DNA of 64,000 nt, from positions 288,001 to 352,000 of the forward strand of contig CBDCNQ010000002.1 of NCBI GenBank assembly GCA_965219445.1, read 5' to 3'. The position numbers and the translations under genes were made by a program. Shown here piece after piece: positions 11,040 to 22,242 of this stretch. The DNA is from Longimicrobiales bacterium (GTDB lineage: Bacteria; Gemmatimonadota; Gemmatimonadetes; Longimicrobiales; Gaopeijiaceae). The notes under the pieces were generated by a model. It did no database searches. It had not been told where the DNA came from and worked only from the letters and a program-made list of their open reading frames with translations. How positions within the stretch are numbered: the stretch's first letter is position 1; the number at the start of each line of letters is the position of its first letter.

Positions 11040-11754
11040 GCCAGATATACCGGCGCGTGATCCCGCTCCCTCCGCCGTGGAGGCGCGGGAACTAAGTAAG
11101 GTGTTCGTCGGTGGAGACGGCCGTGAACTCGTAGTATTGGCGGGGGTAAGTCTACGCGTTGAATCGGGGGAGACCGTCGCGATCGTGGGGAGTAGTGGGG
11201 CTGGGAAGTCCACGCTTTTACATTTGTTGGGTGGGCTCGATCGCCCTACATCGGGTGGCGTCCTCCTTGGAGGTCGCGAAATATCGGAGGTGGATGGAGA
11301 CACACTCGCACGCATCCGAAACCGCGGTGTGGGGTTCGTCTTCCAGTTCCATCATCTTCTCAGAGAGTTTACGGCGTTGGAGAACGTGATGATGCCTTGC
11401 TTGATCGCCGGATGGCCGCAAGGGGCCTCGGAGCAGAGGGCCCGGGAATTGCTGACGCAGGTTGGCCTCGACGAACGCCTATCCCATCGCCCCGAACAAC
11501 TTTCGGGTGGAGAGCAGCAGCGTGTCGCGGTCGCGCGGGCTCTTGCGGCCGAGCCGCCACTGCTTCTTGCCGATGAGCCCTCGGGCGATCTGGACAGACA
11601 GACGAGTGAGGAACTGCACGACCTCCTGTTTCGCCTTCGGGCGACCCAGGGCCTCGGCATGGTCCTCGTGACGCACAACCAGGAGTTGGCCAGTCGAGCC
11701 GACCGGATCCTCGAGCTGAGGGACGGCCGGCTTCGCGAAGCCGCTCCAGCTTGA
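11032..11754 (+). CDS. lolD: LolD-like ABC ATP-binding protein
   Basis: GSSGAGKS, FVFQFHHLL, LSGGEQQRVA, LADEP. Confidence 0.88.
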   Translation: MNRPDIPARDPAPSAVEARELSKVFVGGDGRELVVLAGVSLRVESGETVAIVGSSGAGKSTLLHLLGGLDRPTSGGVLLGGREISEVDGDTLARIRNRGVGFVFQFHHLLREFTALENVMMPCLIAGWPQGASEQRARELLTQVGLDERLSHRPEQLSGGEQQRVAVARALAAEPPLLLADEPSGDLDRQTSEELHDLLFRLRATQGLGMVLVTHNQELASRADRILELRDGRLREAAPA

Positions 11755-11760
11755 CGATCG

Positions 11761-12285
11761 ATGAAAGGCAAAGGAGCCAAACAACCCTGCGATCAGTGTG
11801 GCGCCACCGACGCCGTCGTGCATCTCACACAGATCGTGAACAACGAAATGAAGACCTCCCATCTTTGCGAGCAATGCGCGGCCGTGAAGGGTGTCGAGGG
11901 AGGTGAGGAGCCCACCAACTTTCCTCTCACCGGATTCCTGGCCCAACTGACCGACGCACCGGGCTCCCAAGATGCTCCCGAGGCGTTGGGCCCGTGTTCT
12001 TTCTGTGGCCTTACCTTTGAAAACTTTCGTGAGGCGGGCCGGCTGGGTTGTCCGCACTGCTACACAACCTACGAGTCCTATCTGAGAGGACTCCTCCGGC
12101 GCGTGCACGGAAGCACCCAGCACGTGGGCAAGGTCTATCTACCTCCGGATCCAGCGGCATCGGACGTAGATAAGCAGGTAGAGGTTCTCCGCCACAAGCT
12201 CCAGCGTGCAGTGGACTCGGAGGATTTCGAGAGGGCGGCGGGGCTGCGTGACAAGATCCGGGGGCTGGAACCGGCCGGGAGCTGA
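11761..12285 (+). CDS. mcsA: McsA, protein-arginine kinase activator
   Basis: Four CxxC motifs, GRLGCPHCY, C-terminal UVR motif EDFERAAGLRD. Confidence 0.92.
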   Translation: MKGKGAKQPCDQCGATDAVVHLTQIVNNEMKTSHLCEQCAAVKGVEGGEEPTNFPLTGFLAQLTDAPGSQDAPEALGPCSFCGLTFENFREAGRLGCPHCYTTYESYLRGLLRRVHGSTQHVGKVYLPPDPAASDVDKQVEVLRHKLQRAVDSEDFERAAGLRDKIRGLEPAGS

Positions 12286-12294
12286 TGACACAAC

Positions 12295-13425
12295 ATGAGT
12301 GACCTCCACACCCTTCCCAACCATGGCCTCGGATGGCTGGACGCCAGTGGAGACCATGCCGACGTCGTACTGTCTACTCGCATTCGACTCGCTCGCAATC
12401 TTCAGGGACACGCGTTCGGACCGCGAGCACGGGTCAACGACCGCGAGGCAGTCCTCGAGCAGACCCGCAGAGCGACAGACAAGGTTGAGCTCCTCGCCGG
12501 ATCGACATTGCTCGAACTACCTGATCTCGATCACCGGAGCCGCGGGATGCTTCTCGAACGGCGACTCGCCTCCCGGGAGTTACTGGGCGATGTGAAGACG
12601 GGTCCCTCGCGAGCCACCGCGGTTCTGCTCGCCGCCCAGGACCCGCTCAGCGTGATGGTGAACGAAGAGGATCACCTCCGCCTCCAGGGCTTGGTATCCG
12701 GGCTCCGCCTCAGAGAAGCGTGGAACCTGGTCGATCGACTGGACGAGGAGCTGGGGCAGGAACTCCCGTTCGCGTACCATCACGAATTCGGCTTTCTGAC
12801 CAGTTGCCCCACCAACGTGGGTAGTGGGCTTCGCGCGTCGGTTCTCGTGCACCTCCCGGGCTTGGTTCTCACCAAGGAAATCGGGAAAGTGCTACAAGGT
12901 CTCGGCCAGGTCGGTCTCACCTTTCGTGGCCTCTATGGCGAAGGCTCCGAGGTGGTGGGGAATTTCTTTCAACTCTCGAACCAGACGACACTCGGAAAGA
13001 GCGAGGAAGAGCTCATCGAACACCTCGAGAAAATCGTCAGGCAGGTGATTCAGTACGAGGATCAAGCCCGGCAAGTGCTCCTTAGGGATGCGGCCCAGGT
13101 CACGGAGGACAAGATCTGGCGCGCATACGGGCTTCTACGGTATGCTAGGTCTCTTCCCTTCGAAGAGTTGATGAATTTATTGTCCGGAATTCGCCTGGGA
13201 GTAGGCCTGAAACTCCTACCGGAGCTCCGGGTATACACGCTCAACAAGCTCATGATTTTCACGCAAACGGCTCATCTTGAACAGGCGGCCGGGCGTGATC
13301 TTCCGCCCTCGGAGTGTGATGCCCACAGGGCGGCGTATGTGACACGGATCTTGTCGAAAGAGGGGCCCGTAGCCCCGGGTGACGCGATCGAAGGCACCGA
13401 TACCCCGGCAGAGGGATTAAATTGA
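12295..13425 (+). CDS. mcsB: protein arginine kinase McsB
   Basis: STRIRLARN, NEEDHLR, TSCPTNVGSGLRAS. Confidence 0.95.
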   Translation: MSDLHTLPNHGLGWLDASGDHADVVLSTRIRLARNLQGHAFGPRARVNDREAVLEQTRRATDKVELLAGSTLLELPDLDHRSRGMLLERRLASRELLGDVKTGPSRATAVLLAAQDPLSVMVNEEDHLRLQGLVSGLRLREAWNLVDRLDEELGQELPFAYHHEFGFLTSCPTNVGSGLRASVLVHLPGLVLTKEIGKVLQGLGQVGLTFRGLYGEGSEVVGNFFQLSNQTTLGKSEEELIEHLEKIVRQVIQYEDQARQVLLRDAAQVTEDKIWRAYGLLRYARSLPFEELMNLLSGIRLGVGLKLLPELRVYTLNKLMIFTQTAHLEQAAGRDLPPSECDAHRAAYVTRILSKEGPVAPGDAIEGTDTPAEGLN

Positions 13426-13429
13426 TAGC

Positions 13430-15910
13430 ATGAACTACAATTTCACTGACCGGGTCCGAAAAGTGCTGGCGATGGCCAGGGAAGAGGCGATCCGCCTCCA
13501 GCACGACTACGTGGGCACCGAGCACATCCTCCTCGGTCTCATCCGTGAGGGCGAGGGAGTAGCTGCGGCCGTGCTCACGAACCTGAATGTCGATCTCGAC
13601 CAGATTCACGAGCAGGTCGAGGAGTCGGTGAAGAAGGGGAAGGCCACGATTGCGCTCGGTGAGCTCCCTTACACGTCGCGGGCCAAGAAGGTGCTCGAGT
13701 TCGCGATGGCCGAGGCGCGAGAACTCAGTCACTCCTACGTCGGCACGGAGCACCTCCTTCTCGGGTTGTTGAGGGAAGAGAAAGGGATCGCGGCTCAGGT
13801 CCTCAACTCATTGGGTATCGGGATGGAAGAGGCCCGCTCAGAGACCCTCAAGGTGCTCGGGTCCGACGTGGGCCCAGCAGAGCCGGCGGGGATCGGGGGC
13901 GGAACGTTCACGCCGCCGGCGGGGAAGGGGGACAAGAAGTCGAAGACCCCCGCGCTCGACCACTTCTGCCGGGATCTGACCGACCTGGCGCGACAAGGAA
14001 ACCTGGACCCCACGATCGGGCGAAGAACCGAAATCGAACGAGTGGTGGAGATCCTTTGTCGTCGCAAGAAGAACAACCCGGTGCTCATAGGGGAACCCGG
14101 TGTCGGCAAGACCGCCATCGTAGAGGGGTTAGCCCAACTCATCTCCCGCAACGAGGTGACGGACGCCCTGAAGGATCACAGGGTGCTGGCCCTCGACATG
14201 GCGGCGGTGATCGCTGGTACGAAGTACCGTGGCCAGTTCGAAGAACGACTCAAAGCCGTGATGAACGAGATCTCACAGAACCAGGGCGTTGTTCTCTTCA
14301 TCGACGAGCTTCACACGCTTGTGGGAGCCGGTGCAGCGGAGGGCGCCATTGACGCGTCCAACATGCTCAAGCCCTCGCTATCGCGTGGAGAGCTCCAATG
14401 TATCGGCGCGTCGACGCTCAACGAATACCGGAAATACATCGAGAAGGACGGTGCCCTCGAGCGCCGCTTCCAGCCCGTCATCGTAGAGCCCCCGACGGTC
14501 GATGAGACGGTCGAAATTCTGCAGGGTCTGAGGCAGCACTACGAGGACCATCATCGGATCGTGATCCCCGATGATGCACTCCGGCAATCTGCGAAGCTTG
14601 CCGACCGATACATCACTGATCGGTTTCTCCCCGACAAAGCCATCGACGTCATTGATGAGGCGGGTGCGCGGGCACGCATCGCGGCGCAGGTACCGCCTCC
14701 GCAAGTCGAGGAGCTGAAGGAAGAGCTCGCCGAGATCGCCGACCGAAAGGAAGGGGCGATCCGGGACCAGGACTTCGAGCGGGCAGCCGAGCTCCGGGAC
14801 CAGGAGCGCGCGCTTCAAGATCGGATCAAGGCCGAACAAGAGCAGTGGGAGGAGGAGCGCAAGCAGCACCGCCCCGAAATCCAATCCGAAGACGTCGCGT
14901 TCATCGTAGGTCGGTGGACTGGGATCGCGGTGATGAGGCTCCAACAGGCCGAGACCGAGCGCCTGGTCCAGATGGAGGATGAACTCCACAAGCGGGTGGT
15001 TGGCCAGAACGATGCCATCCTAGCCATTTCGAGAGCCATCCGAAGAAGTCGTGCCGGCCTGAAGAACCCCCTGCGTCCCATCGGATCCTTTATTTTTTCC
15101 GGGCCGACGGGGGTGGGAAAGACGGAGCTCGCTCGGGCACTGGCAGAATTTCTCTTCGCCGATAGAGAAGCTCTCGTCCGCGTGGATATGAGTGAATACA
15201 TGGAGAAGTTCTCTGTGTCCCGGCTGATCGGTGCGCCCCCCGGATATGTGGGATATGAGGATTCTGGGGCCCTTACGAAGGCGGTCCGGCGCCGTCCGTA
15301 CTCGGTCGTCCTGCTCGACGAGATCGAAAAAGCGCACCCGGATGTGTTCAACATCCTTCTTCAGGTGCTAGACGAAGGACACCTCACGGACAATTACGGC
15401 AGAGTGATCGATTTCAAGAACACGGTTTTGATCATGACGTCCAATCTCGGAGCCAGAGATATCTCCAAGGGTGGCAGTCTCGGGTTCCACGATGGCGAAC
15501 ACAAGAGCTCGTACGACGTGATGCAGGCCAAGGTACGCGACGAGATCGAGCGGGCGTTCAATCCGGAGTTCCTCAATCGGGTGGACGAGACCATCGTATT
15601 CCATACCCTCGACCGTGACGAGATCGGACAGATCGTTCACATCCTCATGAAGGAGATCGACGAACGGCTGGCGGAGGAAGATCTCACATTGTCGCTCTCC
15701 GAAGCCGCGACGGGCTTCTTGGTGGACAAGGGTTTCGACCAAAAATTCGGGGCTCGCCCCCTGCGCCGCGCCATCCAACGATACCTGGAGGATCCCCTCT
15801 CCGAGAAAATCCTGACCGCCGAGTTTTCCCCGGGAGACGAGATCGTCGTGGATGTCAGTGAAGACGGCGAGGGCCTCACCATGGTGGTGGCATCGCAATC
15901 CAAGACCTGA
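13430..15910 (+). CDS. clpC: ATP-dependent Clp protease ATPase ClpC
   Basis: Two Clp_N repeats, two AAA+ modules ([16 protein letters not shown]), UVR middle domain. Confidence 0.96.
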   Translation: MNYNFTDRVRKVLAMAREEAIRLQHDYVGTEHILLGLIREGEGVAAAVLTNLNVDLDQIHEQVEESVKKGKATIALGELPYTSRAKKVLEFAMAEARELSHSYVGTEHLLLGLLREEKGIAAQVLNSLGIGMEEARSETLKVLGSDVGPAEPAGIGGGTFTPPAGKGDKKSKTPALDHFCRDLTDLARQGNLDPTIGRRTEIERVVEILCRRKKNNPVLIGEPGVGKTAIVEGLAQLISRNEVTDALKDHRVLALDMAAVIAGTKYRGQFEERLKAVMNEISQNQGVVLFIDELHTLVGAGAAEGAIDASNMLKPSLSRGELQCIGASTLNEYRKYIEKDGALERRFQPVIVEPPTVDETVEILQGLRQHYEDHHRIVIPDDALRQSAKLADRYITDRFLPDKAIDVIDEAGARARIAAQVPPPQVEELKEELAEIADRKEGAIRDQDFERAAELRDQERALQDRIKAEQEQWEEERKQHRPEIQSEDVAFIVGRWTGIAVMRLQQAETERLVQMEDELHKRVVGQNDAILAISRAIRRSRAGLKNPLRPIGSFIFSGPTGVGKTELARALAEFLFADREALVRVDMSEYMEKFSVSRLIGAPPGYVGYEDSGALTKAVRRRPYSVVLLDEIEKAHPDVFNILLQVLDEGHLTDNYGRVIDFKNTVLIMTSNLGARDISKGGSLGFHDGEHKSSYDVMQAKVRDEIERAFNPEFLNRVDETIVFHTLDRDEIGQIVHILMKEIDERLAEEDLTLSLSEAATGFLVDKGFDQKFGARPLRRAIQRYLEDPLSEKILTAEFSPGDEIVVDVSEDGEGLTMVVASQSKT

Positions 15911-15927
15911 GCGGCGGTACCCCAATC

Positions 15928-18357
15928 GTGCATCAGTCATTGCGTTCGAATCCAGCACGCCGCATTCCGATTGGGCTCCTCGTATTGTTGGCCATGCCTT
16001 TTTCGGCCACCCAGGCGCACGCCCAGCAACCGAGCGGGCCGCTCGAGCCCGTCGTGATCGACTCGGTGGACGTGGAAGGAAACGTCCGCCAGACCGACCT
16101 CTCGATCCTTGCCATGGGCGGCCTCAACCGAGGCTCCGCCTACACGATCTTCGATATCCAGCGTGGGACCAAGGCGATGTGGGCCACCGGCCAGTTCAAG
16201 GACATTCGGGTTCGCGTGGAGGGTGATATCGGTGATCGGGTGACTTTGGTCTGGGAGGTTGACGAACAGGACCTTATGAGAAACGTCACCATCACCGGGT
16301 TGACGAGCGTGGATCAGGGTGAGGTCGGCGACACGACAGGCCTTTTGCAGGGATTCCCGTATTCACCGGGCGCCGTGATCGAAGCAAAGGCGTTCATCCG
16401 AAGCCAGTTGGCCGCGGAGGGGATCCCCTTCGCGAACATCGAAGAGCGTATCGAGCGCGTCCCGAGTCGCAGCAAGGAGATCATCCTTTTCCTCGACGTC
16501 GAGGAGGGGACGCGAGTCACGGTCGCGGACGTCACGTTCACTGGAAATACGATTTTCACCGACAGCGAACTGCATGGAGCCATGTCCGTCCAGCCCGAGG
16601 GGTTCTGGTGGTGGCGGTCGGGTTCGTACGATCGAGAGAGATTCGACGAGGATCTACGAGTCGGTCTTCCGGATTTCTACGCCGCCAGCGGCTATCTCGA
16701 TTTCAATGTGCTGGGAGACTCTTTGGTCATCGATCCCGTAACCGGCAAGACACGGCTGGAGATTTCGGTCGACGAGGGCCAGCAATACCTTCTCAGAGAA
16801 TTCACCATCGAGGGCAACGCCGAATTCTCGACTGACGAGCTCCAGAGGATCTTCGAGCCCGAACGCAGCGGACTCTTGGGGGGGTCAGATTCGGGCGATG
16901 CAGGACTCCCCGTTTTTGACAATGCCAGCTTCCAGGACGCCACAGCCGACGTAGGCCAACTGTACCAGAATGAGGGATTCCTTTACGCTCGGGTCGTCCC
17001 CTTTGTAAGGCAGAATCCAGCCGAGGAGGGCGAGCGACCCACGGTGGATGCCGGGTGGGAAATCGAGGAGGGGCCGCAGGCGTATATCAGCCGGGTCAAC
17101 ATCGAAGGAAACGAGTACACGTATGAAAGGGTGATCCGCGACAAGATCTTCGTCCTTCCGGGGGACGTGTATTCGCAAGAGCGGATCATCCAAAGTTTCC
17201 AAAGCATCTCGTCACTGGGCTTCTTCGAAGTACCGATGGAGGTACCCTCCATTGTTCCCAACGAGGACGGGGATGTGGATGTCACGTTCACCGTGACGGA
17301 AAAGCCGACCGGGGCCGTCAACTTCGGCACCTCCGTGGGGGGCGGTACCGGTGGCCTTGCCGGCTTCATCGGGTATGATCAGCCCAATTTATTCGGGAGG
17401 GGCAAGTCTGGGTCCTTGAGGTGGGACTTCGGTGAGTACCAAAACAACCAGACCGTCACCTACTCGGACCCGGGCGTCTTCGGGTCTCTCGTCAGCGCGA
17501 ATATCAGCCTGTTCAATGCCCGGGACCGATTCATCTCGTTCCGCTCCGGCAGAAGACGTCGCGCGGGCGGCGAGTTCCGTTTAGGCTTCTTGCTACCCGG
17601 AGCACGGTTTACGCGATTCTTCGCGGGGTACGGACTGTCTCACACCAAGCTTTCGCTTCAAACCGGCAGCACCGATACGTCGCTGTTCGGAATTGCGCCG
17701 GGCACACAGAGCACCGCTTCGTTCGGGATTACACGGTCGACTCTGAATCACCCGCTATTTCCCACGGTCGGTTCGCGCCAGTCGGTCAACGTCGCGTTCA
17801 CCGGGGGTCCCCTCGGGGGTAATGGGAAATTCGTCAAATACACCGCCGATGGGAGCTGGTGGCTCCCGATTGGGTCAATGGGTGGAGATGAGAACGCGGC
17901 GGGCTCGGGAACCATCTTCGCGCTTGGCATGACCATGCGGCTGGGCTCCGTCCAAGGGAACCATGAACGATTCCCGTTCGAGCAATTTTGGATGGGTGGC
18001 GTCCAATTCGGACAACAGCTCCGCGGATATGACGAAACCACGGTCACCCCCTTCGGATTCTTCCCCGACCAGTCCACGGCGATCAGGGACATCGCTCGGC
18101 TCGGCAGCGCGTTCTTCTCCATGACGAGTGAGCTCGCCATGCGGCTCGGTAGCCAGATGTCTCTCTCTATCTTCATGGATGCCGGTAACGTGTGGCGGAG
18201 CACCGGCGAGATCGATCCGACCCAACTCTTCAGAGGGGCCGGTATCGGTGTCCAATTGGTCACCCCGTTCGGGCCCATCGGGCTGGACTACGCCTACGGA
18301 TTCGATAAAACGATACCGGGCTGGCAACTACACTTCCGCCTCGGACCCGGCGCGTAA
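15928..18357 (+). CDS. bamA: outer membrane protein assembly factor BamA
   Basis: Signal peptide, POTRA repeats, LRGY motif, TPFGPIGLDYAYG C-terminal barrel strands. Confidence 0.95.
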   Translation: MHQSLRSNPARRIPIGLLVLLAMPFSATQAHAQQPSGPLEPVVIDSVDVEGNVRQTDLSILAMGGLNRGSAYTIFDIQRGTKAMWATGQFKDIRVRVEGDIGDRVTLVWEVDEQDLMRNVTITGLTSVDQGEVGDTTGLLQGFPYSPGAVIEAKAFIRSQLAAEGIPFANIEERIERVPSRSKEIILFLDVEEGTRVTVADVTFTGNTIFTDSELHGAMSVQPEGFWWWRSGSYDRERFDEDLRVGLPDFYAASGYLDFNVLGDSLVIDPVTGKTRLEISVDEGQQYLLREFTIEGNAEFSTDELQRIFEPERSGLLGGSDSGDAGLPVFDNASFQDATADVGQLYQNEGFLYARVVPFVRQNPAEEGERPTVDAGWEIEEGPQAYISRVNIEGNEYTYERVIRDKIFVLPGDVYSQERIIQSFQSISSLGFFEVPMEVPSIVPNEDGDVDVTFTVTEKPTGAVNFGTSVGGGTGGLAGFIGYDQPNLFGRGKSGSLRWDFGEYQNNQTVTYSDPGVFGSLVSANISLFNARDRFISFRSGRRRRAGGEFRLGFLLPGARFTRFFAGYGLSHTKLSLQTGSTDTSLFGIAPGTQSTASFGITRSTLNHPLFPTVGSRQSVNVAFTGGPLGGNGKFVKYTADGSWWLPIGSMGGDENAAGSGTIFALGMTMRLGSVQGNHERFPFEQFWMGGVQFGQQLRGYDETTVTPFGFFPDQSTAIRDIARLGSAFFSMTSELAMRLGSQMSLSIFMDAGNVWRSTGEIDPTQLFRGAGIGVQLVTPFGPIGLDYAYGFDKTIPGWQLHFRLGPGA

Positions 18358-18366
18358 ATTGGAGCT

Positions 18367-18900
18367 ATGGACACTATGCAACGCCTAATTTTGATTCCCG
18401 GTTTCCTGGCCGTCCTCGCTTCCACGGCGGTCCATACGGCGGCTCAGAGTCCACTGAAGATCGGCTACATCAACTCGCAAGTGATCATCGCACAAGACCC
18501 TGCGGCCACGGCCGCTCAGGAGCAGTTTCAGCGCGAGATGGTGCCCTTCGAAAGTGAACTTCAAGCCCTCGAGGCAGAGATCGCGGACCTTCTCAGTCAA
18601 TATCAGGCTCAGCAGATCACGCTCACCGCCAACGCTCGCAGGACGCGCCAGGATGCAATCGTCCAAAAGCAGGAAGCCTATCAAGAGCGCATGGCTCAGA
18701 TCGAGGCAGAGGCTGCCCGCCGCCAGCAGGAGTTGGTGCAGCCCATCATGGAACGGATCAACAGCATCATCCAGGAAATCCGTAGTGCGGGCTCCTATAC
18801 TTTCATTTTCGATGTTGCGGGCGGCGGCTTGATCGCAGCGGACGAATCGTTCGACCTCACTCTTGAGGTCATGGAGAGGCTGGCGGCGGGAGCGCAATAG
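18367..18900 (+). CDS. skp: OmpH/Skp periplasmic chaperone
   Basis: Signal peptide, KIGYINSQ, coiled coil, position between bamA and lpxD. Confidence 0.9.
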   Translation: MDTMQRLILIPGFLAVLASTAVHTAAQSPLKIGYINSQVIIAQDPAATAAQEQFQREMVPFESELQALEAEIADLLSQYQAQQITLTANARRTRQDAIVQKQEAYQERMAQIEAEAARRQQELVQPIMERINSIIQEIRSAGSYTFIFDVAGGGLIAADESFDLTLEVMERLAAGAQ

Positions 18901-19983
18901 ATGTTCCCTGAGCCCGCCCGGCTCACCCTTGCCGAGCTGGCAGCGATGGTAGGAGGACGGGCCGCAGGCGACCTCGATATGCCGATTACCGGGGTCACGT
19001 CGCTCACGCAGGCAGGTCCCTCCGATCTCGGGCTTCTGGTGGACTCCCGTTATTCTCACAGCGCGGGCGAAAGCGCCGCCGGGGCCATCCTCGTCTCCTC
19101 CAGATTGGAGGGTACCTTGGACACGGCTCAAAGCCGGGTGGTGGTAGAGGACCCTCGCCAGGCGCTACCGACCATCCTCGAGCACTTCTATTCAGAGCCC
19201 AGCCCTCGGCCAGGACTCCACGAGACCGCGGTCGTCGCCGAGGACGTGCATTTCGGTGAAGGCGTGTCGGTGGGACCGTACGTGGTGATCGAAGAGAACG
19301 TCGTGATCGGGGAGGGGACGACCCTACATGCCCATGTGGTCGTCCGCAATGGAGCACGACTGGGCGGGCACGTGACTCTTCACCCACACGTCGTAGTCTA
19401 TCCACGTGTACAGCTGGGCGATCGGGTCGTTTTACACGCCGGAGTGTGCGTGGGCGTGGACGGCTTCGGGTACACGCGCTCGGGGGAAGGACTGGAGCAA
19501 ATCCCGCACGTCGGAGAATGCATCATCGGCGACGACGTGGAGATCGGTGCGAACAGTTGTGTGGACCGCGGCTCTATCGGGCGCACGGAGCTGGGGGCAC
19601 ACGTGAAGCTGGACAACCTGGTCCACATCGCGCACAACGTCACGGTGGGTCCCCGAACGGTCATGGCGGCGCAGGTAGCGATCGCCGGATCTACTCGGGT
19701 CGGAGCCGACACGATGTGGGGCGGACAGTCAGGCGCGATGGATCATATCTCCGTCGGTGACGGGGCCCATATAGCGGGGCAAACGGGCCTGACCGAAGAC
19801 GTAGCGGCGGGGAGTACGATGGGGGGCTTGCCGGCTCGACCCCTCAAAGATTTCCTCAAGGCGCAAGCTCTTCTTTTCCGTCTCGACTCACTTCGCCGTC
19901 GCGTCCGCGTTCTGGAGCGTCTTCTCGCTTCCGGCGAGGACAGGAGTGCTTCTAACGAAGACGAAGGCCGCGATGATCCCTGA
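18901..19983 (+). CDS. lpxD: UDP-3-O-acyl-glucosamine N-acyltransferase
   Basis: Hexapeptide repeats; [28 protein letters not shown]. Confidence 0.95.
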   Translation: MFPEPARLTLAELAAMVGGRAAGDLDMPITGVTSLTQAGPSDLGLLVDSRYSHSAGESAAGAILVSSRLEGTLDTAQSRVVVEDPRQALPTILEHFYSEPSPRPGLHETAVVAEDVHFGEGVSVGPYVVIEENVVIGEGTTLHAHVVVRNGARLGGHVTLHPHVVVYPRVQLGDRVVLHAGVCVGVDGFGYTRSGEGLEQIPHVGECIIGDDVEIGANSCVDRGSIGRTELGAHVKLDNLVHIAHNVTVGPRTVMAAQVAIAGSTRVGADTMWGGQSGAMDHISVGDGAHIAGQTGLTEDVAAGSTMGGLPARPLKDFLKAQALLFRLDSLRRRVRVLERLLASGEDRSASNEDEGRDDP

Positions 19984-21262
19984 GCAGCCTCAGCAACAAA
20001 CCCTTGCCGGTGAGTATACGCTCGAGGGCGTGGGCGTACATTCTGGAGAGAACACATCCCTGACCATGGGACCCGCCGCAGCGGGTGGTGTGCGCTTCCG
20101 GCGCGTAGATCTCAGAGGGTCACCCGAAATCCCGGCTGACCTCGATCACGTGGTAGCATGCGAAATGGGGACGAGTCTGGGCGCGGGTGAGGCGAAGGTC
20201 CAGACGGTCGAGCACATCATGGCCGCCCTTTACGCATCGGGGGTCGATCATGCGGTCATTGCGTTGCGAGGACCGGAGGCGCCGATCCTGGACGGCAGCT
20301 TCCAACGCTACCTGGCCGCCGTCTCGGACGTGGGCACGGTGGAGTTGGAGGCACCCGCCGAGGTAATCTCCGTTCAGGGGCGGCTGACGGTGACCACTCC
20401 GGCTGGCTCATCCTACGAGGTGACGCCGGCGGATGCTCTCCGTGTGTCCGCCACCATTGATTTCGAGCACCAGTCGATCGGGCGCCAACATAGTACCTTC
20501 GCCATGAGCGAGGAGGCGTTCCGCCGTGAAATCGCCCCTGCGCGCACGTTCGGGTTCCGTCATGATGCCGAAGCCTTGAGGGCCCGAGGGCTCGCTCAGG
20601 GGACGTCCCTCGAAAACACCATCGTTCTCGACGCCGAGGGAATAATGAACGAGGGCCTTCGGTTCGACGACGAATTCGTAAGACATAAGATCGGAGATCT
20701 TATCGGGGATCTGGCCTTGATCGGTCGACGTGTACGGGGGCATATCGTCTCCCAGTGCCCAAGCCATGAAGGGAACATCAAACTTGCGAGGACTCTCTTG
20801 AAGCACGCCCAAACAGCTTCGCACGACCTTCCGATGGAGGTGGACCGGATCATGGAGTACCTTCCGCACCGGTATCCATTCCTCCTGGTGGATCGGGTCT
20901 TGGAGTTCGAACCCGAGAAGAGGATCGTGGGCCTCAAGAACGTCACGATCAGCGAACCGTACTTTCAGGGGCACTTTCCAGGTCACCCCGTCATGCCAGG
21001 GGTCCTCATCATCGAGGCCATGGCTCAGGCGGGTGGGCTTCTCCTGATGGACTCGGTGTCCGAGCGCGAAGACAAGGTCGTGTATTTCATGTCGCTGGAT
21101 AACGTCAAGTGGCGGAAGCCGGTCATTCCGGGGGATCAGCTCGTCTTCGAGGTCGAAATGGTCCAGTTCCGCCGGAACGTGTGCAAGCTTCGCGGCGTAG
21201 CGAAGGTGGAGGAGGAGGTGGTCGCTGAGGCGGACATGATGGCGGGAATCGTCGATCGATGA
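19973..21262 (+). CDS. lpxC-fabZ: bifunctional LpxC / FabZ (start could be GTG at 19946)
   Basis: LpxC motifs [16 protein letters not shown]; FabZ motifs [25 protein letters not shown] in one ORF. Confidence 0.95.
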   Translation: MIPEQPQQQTLAGEYTLEGVGVHSGENTSLTMGPAAAGGVRFRRVDLRGSPEIPADLDHVVACEMGTSLGAGEAKVQTVEHIMAALYASGVDHAVIALRGPEAPILDGSFQRYLAAVSDVGTVELEAPAEVISVQGRLTVTTPAGSSYEVTPADALRVSATIDFEHQSIGRQHSTFAMSEEAFRREIAPARTFGFRHDAEALRARGLAQGTSLENTIVLDAEGIMNEGLRFDDEFVRHKIGDLIGDLALIGRRVRGHIVSQCPSHEGNIKLARTLLKHAQTASHDLPMEVDRIMEYLPHRYPFLLVDRVLEFEPEKRIVGLKNVTISEPYFQGHFPGHPVMPGVLIIEAMAQAGGLLLMDSVSEREDKVVYFMSLDNVKWRKPVIPGDQLVFEVEMVQFRRNVCKLRGVAKVEEEVVAEADMMAGIVDR

Positions 21263-22068
21263 ACACCAGCCCTTGGAGTACGGGCGGGACAGTCGAGTCC
21301 CTCGTCCATCCGACCGCCATCATCGATCCCGACGCGAATGTGGCGCCGGGCGTGATCGTTGGACCGTATTCGATCATTGGACCAGGCGTTGTGGTCGGAC
21401 GGGGCACGGTGCTCGGGCCACACGTGCTGTTGGAGTGCGATACCACGCTTGGGGAGCAGTGCCAGATCGCCAAAGGTGCAGTGATCGGTAGTGATCCACA
21501 GGATCTCAAGTACGAGGGGGAGCCCTCCCAGCTGTTTGTGGGCGACCGCACCGTAGTGCGTGAGTATGCCACGCTCAACCGTGGCACACGGGCCTCGGGG
21601 AAGACCGTGGTGGGAAGTGACAGTCTGATCATGGCGTACGCTCACGTGGCTCACGACTGCGAAATCGGCAACCACGTCGTCCTCTCGAATGCGGTGAACA
21701 TGGGTGGTCATGTGGTGATCGAGGACTGGGCGATCGTCGGCGGTCTCACCGCGATCCATCAGTTCGTTCGTATCGGGGCGCATTCGTTCTGTGGGGGCGG
21801 ATCCAGGGTGCCGCAAGACATACCGCCTTACCTCAAGGTGGCCGGAAATCCGGTCAAACCCTACGGGCTCAACAGCGTCGGATTGGAGAGGAGGGGCGTC
21901 TCCGAGGATGTGAGACGAGCCTTGAAGCAAACTTACCAAGTTATTTTCCAGTCTAAACTTACACTAACTAAGTCCCTGGATATTGCTGAGCGCGAGGTGG
22001 AGCAGATCCCGGAGGTCCGGCATCTATTGTCGTTCATTCGCTCCAGCAAGCGCGGCGTCACGACCTGA
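21259..22068 (+). CDS. lpxA: UDP-N-acetylglucosamine O-acyltransferase
   Basis: PQDLKY, HVAHDC, HQFVRIG, hexapeptide repeats. Confidence 0.96.
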   Translation: MNTSPWSTGGTVESLVHPTAIIDPDANVAPGVIVGPYSIIGPGVVVGRGTVLGPHVLLECDTTLGEQCQIAKGAVIGSDPQDLKYEGEPSQLFVGDRTVVREYATLNRGTRASGKTVVGSDSLIMAYAHVAHDCEIGNHVVLSNAVNMGGHVVIEDWAIVGGLTAIHQFVRIGAHSFCGGGSRVPQDIPPYLKVAGNPVKPYGLNSVGLERRGVSEDVRRALKQTYQVIFQSKLTLTKSLDIAEREVEQIPEVRHLLSFIRSSKRGVTT

Positions 22069-22107
22069 GCGGTCGCGGTGGGACGCGCCACTGCGAAAGG
22101 GAATACT

Positions 22108-22242
22108 ATGTCGCTGATACGCATCCGCCGGGATCGGAAAAAGAACTGGATCGACAGGAAGGCGGGCTGGTCTCCGCGCGGACTCACGATCCTTCTTATC
22201 GTGCTTCTCGCCGTGATTTGGTATCTGGGTTACCGATTCTGA
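22108..22242 (+). CDS. small 44-aa basic single-pass membrane protein
   Basis: MSLIRIRRDRKKNWIDRKAGWSPRGLTILLIVLLAVIWYLGYRF; AAAGGGA upstream; fills the lpxA-lpxB gap; below the ORF-track cutoff. Confidence 0.65.
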   Translation: MSLIRIRRDRKKNWIDRKAGWSPRGLTILLIVLLAVIWYLGYRF

